Below are positions 25,614-34,924 of a DNA stretch of 49,968 bases, piece by piece. The DNA comes from Lawsonibacter sp. Lineage in GTDB: Bacteria > Bacillota > Clostridia > Oscillospirales > Oscillospiraceae. How positions within the stretch are numbered: the first letter of the stretch is position 1; each line of letters opens with the position of its first letter. A model generated the notes under the pieces. It worked only from the letters and a program-made list of their open reading frames with translations. It was not told the DNA's origin and did not search any database. The stretch lies in contig JAZUOI010000065.1 of assembly GCA_045604585.1 (NCBI GenBank), positions 1 through 49,968 on the forward strand. The letters are read 5' to 3'. A program made the translations under genes and the position numbers.

Positions 25614-25689
25614 TGGCACGCCCGAAGGGACTCGAACCCCCAACTTTCAGAACCGGAATCTGACGCTCTATCCATTGAACTACGGACGC
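25614..25689 (-). tRNA. tRNA-Arg(CCG)
   Basis: GCGTCCG..CGGGCGT-GCCA acceptor, anticodon arm TCAGA-TTCCGGT-TCTGA, GGTTCGAGTCC; promoter TTTACT-17-TATAAT at 25743-25715. Confidence 0.96.
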
Positions 25690-25771
25690 ATGGGGCGCTC
25701 ATCAGCGCCAAGTCATTATAGCAGGAACGAGAAGAAAAGTAAAGAGGAAAAAACGCGCTTTTTTTGACACC

Positions 25772-25984
25772 TCAAAGGGCGAAATCCTCCGCTGTCAATT
25801 TGGAGAAATCCGCTTTGGTAGGGCGGGGTGGGGTACGGCGGAGGGGATCGTATTTGAATGCGGAGCAGTGAGAGCCCGCATCCATCACACCTTTTTTGGG
25901 GCAGGCCACCTGCTCCTGTGACAGGGGACGGCTGTGGGCACAGTAGGCACAGCGCGGCTCGATCTTGCGTTGAAACAAGGACAT
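25772..25984 (-). CDS. small Cys-rich hypothetical protein
   Basis: CAYC..C..C..FKYDPLRR; GGAGG RBS. Confidence 0.7.
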   Translation of the reverse strand: MSLFQRKIEPRCAYCAHSRPLSQEQVACPKKGVMDAGSHCSAFKYDPLRRTPPRPTKADFSKLTAEDFAL

Positions 25985-26025
25985 AACGGTCCCTCCCTTG
26001 TGGTTTTGGGATGTTTGTGCCCCTA

Positions 26026-27213
26026 TTATACCTGATTTCTTCCTGCTTTTCCACCACTTTTTTTCTTTCTTCGGTCAACGTAAACGGTCAGCGAAAAAAA
26101 CAGCAGGAATAACAGCCACGCACACACCATGCACAGGACGAACACGTGGGGGAACTCCAGTCCGGACAGCCCGGACACCTCCTGCGCCAGATAACCGGAC
26201 ACCGGCTTGGGGAGTGGGAACAGGTGGGTCAGGATCCCGGTGAACAGGGCACACAGCGCCCCATGGACGGCCTTTCCGGCCAGATAGGTGCCGGAGGACA
26301 AATCGCTGTCGGACAAAAAAGAAAGCACCTGACAATGCACGCTCAAGCCCGCCCAGCCCAGCATAAAGGCGGCCATGGACACGTGAGCCGGAGTACCGGA
26401 AGACAGGGAGGTGACCCCCGAGGTCATTTCCAGCAGACCGGACAGAAGCAGCCGTGCCTGTCGTTCGTCCACACCCATGGGGTGCAGCAGCAGGGTCAGC
26501 AGCCGGGCGGGGAGGGTCAGCGCGCCGGACAGGGAAAGCAGCCGCAGCACCACGGCAAAGAGCACCACGAAGGCGCAGATGCTCAATACGGAGCTGACGG
26601 CCTGTGCCACAGCGGTGGTAAACGCGCCGGAAAAACGAACAGTGCGAACGGTAGTGCGGCCGGAGGGGCGCTGGTGCTCCGCCTCCTGCCCACCGTAAAA
26701 ACGAAACAGCACACCCACGCACAGGGAGGCGGCCATGTGTACCAGATACAGCAGCAATCCCACCCGGCTGCTGGAAAATACCCCCGCGCCCACCACGCCC
26801 AGAATGAAAGCGGGGCCGGAGTTGTTGCAGAAGGCCAGCAGACGCTGGGTCTGAACGCGGGAAAGCTGTCCGGAGCGGTACAGGCTGATGGCGGTACGCG
26901 CACCCACGGGGTAGCCGCCTACAAAGCCAAGCACCAGTGCGCAGGCACCCGCTCCGTCCACTCGGAACAGGGGGCGCATCACGCCCTCCAACAGTCGTCC
27001 CAGCTGTTGCGCCATACCCAGTTCTACCGCCAGTGCGGACAGCACGAAGAAGGGGAACAGGGAGGGGACGATCACATTGGCGCACAGGGCAAGTCCGTCC
27101 CGGGCAGCCTGCAGGGCGCTTTGGGGGAAGAGCAGCAGGGCGGCGGCGGCACACAGCAGTGCGGCTCCCAGCAGCATATCTCGATACTTTGTGCAGACTA
27201 GTGTTTTGAGCAA
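26026..27213 (-). CDS. ylbJ: sporulation integral membrane protein YlbJ
   Basis: VPSLFPF, GYPVGA, FCNNSGPAFILG, GLLEMTSG, GLSVHCQ. Confidence 0.88.
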   Translation of the reverse strand: MLKTLVCTKYRDMLLGAALLCAAAALLLFPQSALQAARDGLALCANVIVPSLFPFFVLSALAVELGMAQQLGRLLEGVMRPLFRVDGAGACALVLGFVGGYPVGARTAISLYRSGQLSRVQTQRLLAFCNNSGPAFILGVVGAGVFSSSRVGLLLYLVHMAASLCVGVLFRFYGGQEAEHQRPSGRTTVRTVRFSGAFTTAVAQAVSSVLSICAFVVLFAVVLRLLSLSGALTLPARLLTLLLHPMGVDERQARLLLSGLLEMTSGVTSLSSGTPAHVSMAAFMLGWAGLSVHCQVLSFLSDSDLSSGTYLAGKAVHGALCALFTGILTHLFPLPKPVSGYLAQEVSGLSGLEFPHVFVLCMVCAWLLFLLFFSLTVYVDRRKKKSGGKAGRNQV

Positions 27214-27300
27214 GCCGATCCCCCCTCGGAGGATATCTATGCGCCGGCGGGCAAAAAAAGCACGCAGCCTTTGGCTGCGTGCTTTTGAGGGGATATGTAC

Positions 27301-28662
27301 TTATCGGCGTCTGCGGCCGGTGTAATTGCGGCGGTAGGAGCCGCTTCGGCGGGATTTATAGCGCCGGCGGGGACGCTTGAGCATCAGGCGCACCACGACG
27401 ATGACGAGCACCCCAAGGGCGAGAATGCCCAGCAGCTTGAACACGGGGTTGCTGAAAAATGCCTTGATCTGGGTCAGCCGGTACAGGAGCACGGAGCGCT
27501 CCGCCCCGCTGACTGCCACCAGATCCACGGTGCCCAGCGTTTTGTCCTCGTAGGTCAGGGTGAGGGAACCCAGCACCTGTCCCTCGGTCACCGGGGCCTC
27601 CACCGTTTCGCTGGTCAGGGTGACCTCCTGCCGGATGTCGCTCAGATCCGCGTCCACAGGCAGGGTGCATTCCAGCTGAGCGGCCGGACGCACCAGCACG
27701 TGGTCGGTCTTGGACAGGGTGACGGAAACCTGCGCCAGCGGGGTATGGGTGTCCACCACCTCTGCGCGCTTGAAGTTGTCAAAACCCCACTGGAGCAGCG
27801 CTTTGGACTCGGAGAACTGCCGGCGGTCGGTGGGCGCGCCCTCGGTGCGCACGATCTCGGCATTGAGTACCACGCAGATCAGATACGTATCCGCATCTTC
27901 GGCGGCGGACAGCAGGCAGTAGCCTCCCTCGTCCGTGGTGCCGGTCTTGATGCCGATGGCCTTGTCGTAGAGGTAGCTTTCCACGTAGTGCCAGGTGACC
28001 AGCAGGGCGTTGGTGCTGTAGAACACCCGCTCGTCGCTGAGGTTGGTGGCGGGGATCTCGTACCGCTTGGTGGCCACGATGGTGCGGAAGGTGTCGTTTT
28101 CCATGGCGGCGCGGGCGATGAGATACATGTCGTGAGCTGTGGTATAATGGTCGCTGTCATGCAGACCGTGGGCGTTGGCGAAATGAGTGCCCTCGCAGCC
28201 CAGTTCCGCGGCGCGCCGGTTCATCTGCTCCACAAAGGCGGCGGTGGTGCCGCTGACCTGCTGGGCAAGGATGTTGCCCGCCTCGTTGGCGGAAGCCACC
28301 AGCAGGCAGTACAGCAGATCGCGTACGGACAGCTGTTCTCCTGCCTTGATGTTCTGGGAAGAGCCGTAAATGGACAACCCTTCGGAGAAGGTGGTGCTGG
28401 CGGTGACCACTTGGTCAAGCGTCAACTGACCGGCGTCAATGGCTTCCAGCACCAGCAGGGCGGTCATCACCTTGGTCAGGCTGGCGGGGTACATCTTCTG
28501 GTGGGCGTTTTTCTCGTAAAGTACCTCGTCGTGCTCGGCGTCCATGAGCAGGGCGGCGCCGGCGGTGATGTTGGGGGCGGGGGCTGCGTGAGCCGCGGGC
28601 GCGAGCACCGCTGCCACCAGCAGCAGGGAGAGAAAAAGCGATGTGAAACGATATTTTTTCAT
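27301..28662 (-). CDS. D-alanyl-D-alanine carboxypeptidase (peptidase S11)
   Basis: Signal peptide, PASLTK, SAN, KTG motifs, C-terminal TM anchor. Confidence 0.92.
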   Translation of the reverse strand: MKKYRFTSLFLSLLLVAAVLAPAAHAAPAPNITAGAALLMDAEHDEVLYEKNAHQKMYPASLTKVMTALLVLEAIDAGQLTLDQVVTASTTFSEGLSIYGSSQNIKAGEQLSVRDLLYCLLVASANEAGNILAQQVSGTTAAFVEQMNRRAAELGCEGTHFANAHGLHDSDHYTTAHDMYLIARAAMENDTFRTIVATKRYEIPATNLSDERVFYSTNALLVTWHYVESYLYDKAIGIKTGTTDEGGYCLLSAAEDADTYLICVVLNAEIVRTEGAPTDRRQFSESKALLQWGFDNFKRAEVVDTHTPLAQVSVTLSKTDHVLVRPAAQLECTLPVDADLSDIRQEVTLTSETVEAPVTEGQVLGSLTLTYEDKTLGTVDLVAVSGAERSVLLYRLTQIKAFFSNPVFKLLGILALGVLVIVVVRLMLKRPRRRYKSRRSGSYRRNYTGRRRR

Positions 28663-28819
28663 AGCCGATCCCTCGCAGTCGTAATAAAACGGTTATTTTA
28701 TTATAACAGAAGTCGACTTGTCGTGCAATGGGGAAATGCAGCGGCACGACGACGGTGTACTTAGGTAGACCAATAATGTCAATAATCACTCTAAAATAAG
28801 CGTAAAGTTACGTGAACGA

Positions 28820-29071
28820 GTGGTGATGATGTTGCGGTTGAATGAGGCAGTCAGCAAGAGAATATTAGAGTTGTTAAAAGACAGGAATATGACCCAATAT
28901 CAGTTGTTTAAGAGAACGGGTGTACCAAAAGCTACGATCAGTAGTGTTGTAAATTGCCGCCATCCTTCGGTCAAATTGCGCATCATCCATGAGATCTGTC
29001 AGGGGTTCGAAATAAGTATTGCGGAATTCTTTCATTCGCCCTTGTTTGATGAAGACAATCTGGAACCATAA
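28820..29071 (+). CDS. Xre family HTH regulator
   Basis: RILELLKDRNMTQYQLFKRTGVPKATISS; exact start uncertain. Confidence 0.8.
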   Translation: MVMMLRLNEAVSKRILELLKDRNMTQYQLFKRTGVPKATISSVVNCRHPSVKLRIIHEICQGFEISIAEFFHSPLFDEDNLEP

Positions 29072-29143
29072 CCAACTCCGGTGCCGCCCTGCGCGCACCG
29101 GAGTTCTGCTTTGGTCAACCGAAGAAAGAGAGTGGAAGAATGC

Positions 29144-29539
29144 ATGGAGAAAGGAACAAAATTTGACCGGGCGGTGCTGGCGCTGACAGCGCTGTTTGTA
29201 CTGTGTGCCGGGGTGTTTCTGGCGGTGCGCTTGCGCTGCGGAGGGGAGTGGTTGGTGCAGACGGAGCGGGAGGACATCGGCCAGGTCGGCTTCGAGATGG
29301 AAGAAACCGGCTGGCCGGACAGCCTGCTTCCGGGGGAAATGATCGATTTGAACACGGCTTCCGCCGCTGATTTGGAGCGCCTGCCCGACATCGGGAGCGA
29401 ACGGGCGGCAGATATCGTCGCCTACCGGCAGAAACACGGCGGCTTTCCAACTGTGGACGAGCTGGAGGCGGTCAAGGGTATTGGCTCGGCGACGCTGGAA
29501 CGTCTGCGTCCCTACGTAACAGCGAGTGGCGGGGGTTGA
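29144..29539 (+). CDS. comEA: ComEA-like helix-hairpin-helix DNA-binding protein
   Basis: N-terminal TM; IDLNTAS..LERLPDIG..A..IV.YR..GGF..VKGIG. Confidence 0.85.
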   Translation: MEKGTKFDRAVLALTALFVLCAGVFLAVRLRCGGEWLVQTEREDIGQVGFEMEETGWPDSLLPGEMIDLNTASAADLERLPDIGSERAADIVAYRQKHGGFPTVDELEAVKGIGSATLERLRPYVTASGGG

Positions 29540-29635
29540 AGCGCCTGCTGTGTGGTGGTATAATAGAGTGCGGATATGTCCCGTGCGGGGAAGAACCGTT
29601 TGCCGCTGATTATGAATGAAAAGGACTGGGGTAAT

Positions 29636-30595
29636 ATGAAACGAAGGATCGCTGCACTGCTGGTCGGAGCCATTTGCGCCGCGACGTTGGGTTTGTACGC
29701 GCAGGCGGCTCAAAATAAAGCCCTGGCGGCCTGCTCGGTGGGGCAGTTTGCCGACGCGAATACCATCAGCAACACCCACGCCGTGGCGGTTACGGCGGGC
29801 ATGGGACTGTTTGCCGGCGATACCGCGGGGAACTTTGCGCCCAAAGGGCAGGTCACTCGTGCCCAGATGGCCACCATCATCGTAAAGATGCTCAAAGGCA
29901 GCCGTTTCAATGCCGACAGCTACAAGGGAGGAGAAAACCCCTTTACCGACACAGCGGGTTTTGAAGGCGGATGGGCAGAGGGCTACATTTCCGCCTGCCA
30001 CGCCATGGGCGTGGTGGCCGGCTATGGTGACGGCACGTTTCGCCCCGGGCAGCCGGTGAACACGGCGGAAGCTCTGACCATGCTTATCAATGCAATGAAG
30101 GTGGATGCAGGTGCGGGGCAGTGGCCGGATACCGTGATGTCCAAAGCCCAGCGGCTGGGACTGTATGGCACGCTGTCGCCCCGCCCGGACACCTACGACA
30201 AGTTGGTGCGAGACCAGTTGGCCGTGCTGGTGTACGAGGGCGTGTGCTGCACGCCGGAAAAGCAGCCCCTTTATCAAATCCAAGGGAGCGATGCCGCCTA
30301 TGCCACCCTGGAACAGGCGGCTGCCGCCAATGGCGGAAGGGAACAGGGCGTCAAGCGTATGGTGGACGCGGACACGCTGGCGGCCAAGGTGTACGGACTG
30401 AACGAGATTTCCTTTTCCCATGCGTGGGATTCCGGAAAAGTGACCACCCCGGCGACCACCGCAAAGCAGGGGGTGAAGACCTATACCTGCACCGCCTGCG
30501 GTCAGATCAGAACAGAGGAACTGCCCAAACTCAGTGGCGGCTCGGGAGGAAGCGGTACCCCGTCACCCGGAAAGAACGAGACGCCCATTGGATAA
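29636..30595 (+). CDS. S-layer homology (SLH) domain protein
   Basis: Signal peptide; FAPKGQVTRAQMA, GYGDGTFRP; C-terminal WDSGKVTTPAT..TYTCTACG repeat. Confidence 0.85.
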   Translation: MKRRIAALLVGAICAATLGLYAQAAQNKALAACSVGQFADANTISNTHAVAVTAGMGLFAGDTAGNFAPKGQVTRAQMATIIVKMLKGSRFNADSYKGGENPFTDTAGFEGGWAEGYISACHAMGVVAGYGDGTFRPGQPVNTAEALTMLINAMKVDAGAGQWPDTVMSKAQRLGLYGTLSPRPDTYDKLVRDQLAVLVYEGVCCTPEKQPLYQIQGSDAAYATLEQAAAANGGREQGVKRMVDADTLAAKVYGLNEISFSHAWDSGKVTTPATTAKQGVKTYTCTACGQIRTEELPKLSGGSGGSGTPSPGKNETPIG

Positions 30596-30755
30596 ACCGG
30601 AATCCACTTCTTTGACCCGGATGGGGCTTTTGCGGCAGACAAGAAAACGCAGTGGGATATCTTGACAAAATACAGCCGCAATTGTAATCTTATCTATTAT
30701 TGGTGTCTTTCTGCGCGCGGATGGGCGCGCATTTACAACAAAGGAGTAATGGAAC

Positions 30756-32039
30756 ATGAGCGAGTATAAAATCTCTACCAACTGTCTGCATGCGGGCTAT
30801 CGTCCGGAAAACGGGGAGCCTCGCAACTTCCCCATCGTGCAGTCTACCACCTTCCGCTACGAGACCAGCGAGGATATGGGTAAGCTGTTCGATCTGGAGG
30901 CCAGCGGCTATTTCTATACCCGCCTGCAGAACCCCACCAACGACTATACGGCGGCCAAGATCTGCGCCCTGGAGGGCGGCACGGCCGCCATGCTGACCTC
31001 TTCCGGTCAGGCGGCCAACTTCTACGCCGTGTTCAACATCGCCTCCTGCGGCGACCATGTGGTGGCCTCCTCTGCCATCTACGGCGGCACCTACAACCTG
31101 TTTGCTGTTACCATGAAGCGCATGGGCATCGAGTTTACCTTTGTGGAGCCCGACTGCTCCGATGCGGAATTGGCGGCCGCCTTCCGTCCCAATACCAAGG
31201 CGGTTTTTGGTGAGACCATTGCCAACCCCGCTCTGTCCGTGCTGGATATCGAGAAGTTTGCCAATGCCGCCCACGCCCATGGCGTGCCCCTGATCATTGA
31301 CAATACCTTCCCCACCCCCGTGAACTGCCGTCCCTTTGAGTGGGGCGCGGACATCGTGACCCATTCCACCACCAAGTACATGGACGGCCACGCCAATGCC
31401 GTGGGCGGTGCCATCGTGGACAGCGGCAAGTTCGACTGGACGAAGTATCCCGACAAGTTTGCCGGCCTGTGCACCCCGGACGAGAGCTATCACGGCGTGA
31501 CCTATACCGAGCGGTTTGGACTGGAGGGTGCGTTTATCACCAAGTGCACCGCTCAGCTCATGCGTGACTTTGGTTCCATTCCTGCCCCCATGAACGCCTA
31601 CCTGCTCAACGTGGGTTTGGAGACCCTGCCCCTGCGCATGGCCAAACACTGCGACAATGCGCTGGCTGTGGCCAAGTTCCTGAAGGCCCATCCTAAGGTG
31701 GCGTGGGTGCGTTTCCCCGGCCTGGAGGGGGACAGCCAGTACGAGTTGGCCAAGAAGTATATGCCCAACGGCACTTGCGGCGTGGTCTCCTTCGGTGTGA
31801 AGGGCGGGCGCAAGGCGGCGGAGACCTTTATGGCCGGACTGAAGCTGGCCTCCATCGCCACCCACGTGGCCGACGCCAAAACCTGCGTGCTCCATCCCGC
31901 CTCCGCCACCCACCGTCAGATGAACGACGCGGAGCTGGCCGCCGCGGGCATTTCCCCTGATCTGGTGCGCTTCTCCGTGGGCATTGAGGATGCCGCGGAC
32001 ATCATTGCCGACATTGAAAACGCCCTTGCCGGGGTATAA
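30756..32039 (+). CDS. metY: O-acetylhomoserine aminocarboxypropyltransferase/cysteine synthase
   Basis: YTRLQNPT, LEGG, DNTF, HSTTKYMDGH PLP lysine, HPASATHRQ. Confidence 0.92.
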   Translation: MSEYKISTNCLHAGYRPENGEPRNFPIVQSTTFRYETSEDMGKLFDLEASGYFYTRLQNPTNDYTAAKICALEGGTAAMLTSSGQAANFYAVFNIASCGDHVVASSAIYGGTYNLFAVTMKRMGIEFTFVEPDCSDAELAAAFRPNTKAVFGETIANPALSVLDIEKFANAAHAHGVPLIIDNTFPTPVNCRPFEWGADIVTHSTTKYMDGHANAVGGAIVDSGKFDWTKYPDKFAGLCTPDESYHGVTYTERFGLEGAFITKCTAQLMRDFGSIPAPMNAYLLNVGLETLPLRMAKHCDNALAVAKFLKAHPKVAWVRFPGLEGDSQYELAKKYMPNGTCGVVSFGVKGGRKAAETFMAGLKLASIATHVADAKTCVLHPASATHRQMNDAELAAAGISPDLVRFSVGIEDAADIIADIENALAGV

Positions 32040-32047
32040 TCAAACGA

Positions 32048-32082
32048 AAAAAGCTCCCTTGCCAATGGCAAGGGAGCTTTTT
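32048..32082. terminator. bidirectional terminator
   Basis: AAAAAGCTCCCTTGCCA/TGGCAAGGGAGCTTTTT between convergent genes. Confidence 0.85.
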
Positions 32083-32087
32083 GTGTC

Positions 32088-32663
32088 TCAATAGGTGTGG
32101 TCGCAAACCTCGCGGATTTTGGCTTGCAGAGCTTTCAGATCTTCAAAGGCCTCCGGCTTGCGGCGGGGGTCGCGGAGCAGGGCGGCGGGGTGGAAGAAGG
32201 CGGTGGTCCAAACGCCGTTCTTTTCAAACCACTGTCCGTGCTCCTGGGAGATCTTGAAGTCGGGCTTGATGATGCGCATGGCGGCGATGCGACCAAGACA
32301 CACGATGATCTTGGGGCGGATGAGAGCAACCTGATTGCGTAAATAATCAATGCAGGCATCCTGCTCCGTGTTCAGTGGGTCACGGTTTTTGGGCGGACGG
32401 CACTTGACCATGTTGGCGATGTAGATGTTTTTCTCCCGGCTCAGGTCGATGATCTCCAGCATCTCGTCCAGCAGTTTGCCGCCCCGGCCCACAAAGGGCT
32501 CGCCCTGCAGGTCCTCGTTCTCACCGGGGCCCTCTCCAACGAACAGCACCTCCGCGTCCCGGGGACCCACCCCGAAGACCACGTTGGTGCGCTCCTGACA
32601 CAGGGCGCATTTGCGGCAGGACATACACGCCTGTTCCAGCTCCTGCCAGTTCAGCATAGCCAT
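32088..32663 (-). CDS. uracil-DNA glycosylase family 4
   Basis: CRKCAL Fe-S cysteines, GEGPG, PFVG, KCRPPKNRDP, HPAALLR; start at ATG 32663. Confidence 0.92.
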   Translation of the reverse strand: MAMLNWQELEQACMSCRKCALCQERTNVVFGVGPRDAEVLFVGEGPGENEDLQGEPFVGRGGKLLDEMLEIIDLSREKNIYIANMVKCRPPKNRDPLNTEQDACIDYLRNQVALIRPKIIVCLGRIAAMRIIKPDFKISQEHGQWFEKNGVWTTAFFHPAALLRDPRRKPEAFEDLKALQAKIREVCDHTY

Positions 32664-32801
32664 ACCCTCTCCTCCAAATGATGAATGTACCCACAGTATA
32701 CCACGGAATTGACACGGAGGGAAGAAAAAAGTCGAAGGACAGCCCTTTGAACAATGAGGGAGGATGGTGTATAATAAGAAAAAACGACAGGGAGGTGAGG
32801 G

Positions 32802-34235
32802 ATGATGAAGTGGGAAACGGTCATTGGACTTGAGACCCACGTGGAGCTGGCCACCCAAAGCAAGTTGTTCTGCTCCTGCTCCGCCGCTTTTGGCGCGCCC
32901 CCCAACCAAAATTGCTGTCCGTTGTGCATGGGGGTGCCGGGGGCACGGCCTGTGCTTAACGAAAAAGCGGTGGAGCTGGCGGTGCGCGGTGCGCTGGCGC
33001 TGGGATGCCGGGTGGAGACGGTCAGTGCCTTTGACCGAAAGCATTATTCCTCTCCCGACCTGCCCCGGGGCTATCAAATCACCCAGTTCTACCGGCCTCT
33101 TGCCCGGGATGGCGCGGTGCGGTTTACTCCGGAGGACGGGCAGGAGCGTACCGTGCGCATCGCGGAGCTTCATCTGGAGGACGATGCGGGCAGGCAGTTC
33201 CACGACCGGGAGGGCGGCTGCACGCGCGTTGACTTCAACCGCAGCGGCGTGCCCCTGATCGAGATCGTCACCCGGCCGGATTTCTCCACCGGGGACGAGG
33301 TGGTGGCCTATTTGGAACAGCTCAAGTCCATTCTGACCTATCTTGGGGTGTCCGACTGCAAGCTGCAGGAGGGCTCCCTGCGCTGTGATGTGAACTTGTC
33401 GGTGCGCCCAGTGGGCAGTACCGAATTGGGCACACGCACGGAAATGAAAAACCTCGGCTCATTCCGTGCCATCCGCAAGGCGGTGGCATTCGAGCGGGAA
33501 CGGCAGATCCGTCTGCTGGAGTCCGGCGGGCGGGTGGTGCAGGAGACCCGCCGCTGGGACGAGGACGGGGAGCAGAGCCTGCCCATGCGAGCCAAGGAGG
33601 ATGCCCGGGACTACCGCTATATCCCCGAACCCGACCTGCCCGAACTGGTGTTGTCCGGGGAATGGGTGGAGCGCCTGCGGAGCGAACAGCCGGAGCTGGC
33701 GGCGCAAAAGCGCGAGCGCTATATGGAACGATTCGGCCTTTCTGCCTATGAGGCGGATACCCTGACTCACCAGCGACCGCTGGCGGAGTACTTTGAACAG
33801 ACGGTGGCCCAGGGAGCGCCGCCCAAACAGGCGGCGGCGTGGATCATGGGTCAGGTACTGCGCCGGATGTCCCAGCAGGGGGTGACTGCGGAACAGATCT
33901 CCTTGCCGCCGGCAATGCTGGCTCGGATCATTGAACTGGTGGAGCGGGGCAGAGTCAACCGGAACACGGCAGTAGAGGTGTTTGATGCCGTGTTTGAGGG
34001 GGGAGACCCGGATGAGTATATCGCCGCCCATGGGCTGGAACAGGTGTCGGACGCGGATGCGGTGCGCGCGGCGGTGGACCAGGTGCTCCACCAGCACCCG
34101 CAGGTGGTGCGGGAGTTCCGGGAGGGAAAGGAAAAGGCCTTCGGTTTCCTTGTGGGACAGACCATGCGTGCCCTGCGGGGTAGGGCAGACCCTTCACTGG
34201 TCAATCGGCTTCTGAGAGAGAAAATGGCACAATGA
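32802..34235 (+). CDS. gatB: Asp-tRNA(Asn)/Glu-tRNA(Gln) amidotransferase subunit B
   Basis: GLETHVEL..SKLFC, DFNRSGVPLIEIVT, EGSLRCDVN, QETRRWD, YRYIPEPDLP; own promoter TTGAAC-17-TATAAT at 32747-32775. Confidence 0.92.
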   Translation: MMKWETVIGLETHVELATQSKLFCSCSAAFGAPPNQNCCPLCMGVPGARPVLNEKAVELAVRGALALGCRVETVSAFDRKHYSSPDLPRGYQITQFYRPLARDGAVRFTPEDGQERTVRIAELHLEDDAGRQFHDREGGCTRVDFNRSGVPLIEIVTRPDFSTGDEVVAYLEQLKSILTYLGVSDCKLQEGSLRCDVNLSVRPVGSTELGTRTEMKNLGSFRAIRKAVAFERERQIRLLESGGRVVQETRRWDEDGEQSLPMRAKEDARDYRYIPEPDLPELVLSGEWVERLRSEQPELAAQKRERYMERFGLSAYEADTLTHQRPLAEYFEQTVAQGAPPKQAAAWIMGQVLRRMSQQGVTAEQISLPPAMLARIIELVERGRVNRNTAVEVFDAVFEGGDPDEYIAAHGLEQVSDADAVRAAVDQVLHQHPQVVREFREGKEKAFGFLVGQTMRALRGRADPSLVNRLLREKMAQ

Positions 34236-34395
34236 CACAAGATGTTGTGCCTGTCGAAAAAGGTAAAACAATAGCTTGTGCACACGAGAAAAAACGCCGG
34301 AAAACGAGGGCATCGAACATACGTTTTAATACCAAAAACCGTGGATTTCAAAGGAAATCCACGGTTTTTTCTTTAAAAAAAAGTATAAAAAACAC

Positions 34396-34479
34396 TTGAT
34401 TTTTGGACGGGACAATCGTATACTTAGGTCAGGTGGAGCGAAGTGGAGTAAATCGCCCATAAAAGGGAAGAAAGTGGAG
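34396..34479 (+). promoter_or_regulatory. dcw promoter with MraZ-binding repeats
   Basis: TTGATT-17-TATACT; GTGGAG at 34433, 34443 and 34474. Confidence 0.75.
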
Positions 34480-34490
34480 GAGGTGAGGGC

Positions 34491-34910
34491 ATGATCGGCA
34501 CATACGAACACAGCATCGACGGCAAGGGACGCCTGATCATTCCCTCCCGTCTGAAAGAAGAACTGGGGGACTGTTTCCACATCGGTCCCGGCTTTGACCG
34601 CTACCTGACCATCTATCCCGCCGCTGCGTGGGAGACGGTGTGTCAGCGGGCGCAGGAGCTGGAGGACGAGGAGGAGCTGGACACCATGGAGGCCTTCTTC
34701 TCCCAGTGCTTCCCCTGCACCGTGGACAGCCAGAACCGCATCGTCATTCCCCCGTTCCTGCGGGAGAAAGCGGGACTGGAAAAGGATGTGGCCATCGTCG
34801 GTGCCAACACCGTAGCCCGCATCTGGGATGCCGCCACCTGGAACAAGAAGATGAGCGCCGAGCTGGCACCCGAGCGTTTGAAGTCCGTGGCTCGTAAGGT
34901 GCGCCTGTAA
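34491..34910 (+). CDS. mraZ: division/cell-wall cluster regulator MraZ
   Basis: GTYEHSIDGKGRLIIP and VDSQNRIVIP. Confidence 0.95.
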   Translation: MIGTYEHSIDGKGRLIIPSRLKEELGDCFHIGPGFDRYLTIYPAAAWETVCQRAQELEDEEELDTMEAFFSQCFPCTVDSQNRIVIPPFLREKAGLEKDVAIVGANTVARIWDAATWNKKMSAELAPERLKSVARKVRL

Positions 34911-34924
34911 GGGCGGAGGGGAAC

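Larger units (their letters stand above)
13301..25658. mobile_element. integrated phage-satellite-like element (PICI-like), ~12.3 kb, in tRNA-Arg(CCG)
   Basis: 48-bp att direct repeats, tyrosine integrase, divergent HTH pair, D5/P4-type helicase, no recognisable capsid/terminase/portal/tail/lysis genes. Confidence 0.85.

Noticed and set aside
13301-25658. Complete prophage or ICE
   Set aside because: No terminase, portal, major capsid, tail, lysis, relaxase or type IV secretion genes recognised
26048-26055. Further TTTCCACC copy
   Set aside because: Single copy outside the element, within ylbJ coding sequence; likely chance
30660-30755. SAM riboswitch or T-box before metY
   Set aside because: Leader after the TTGACA promoter is too short and lacks the conserved motifs
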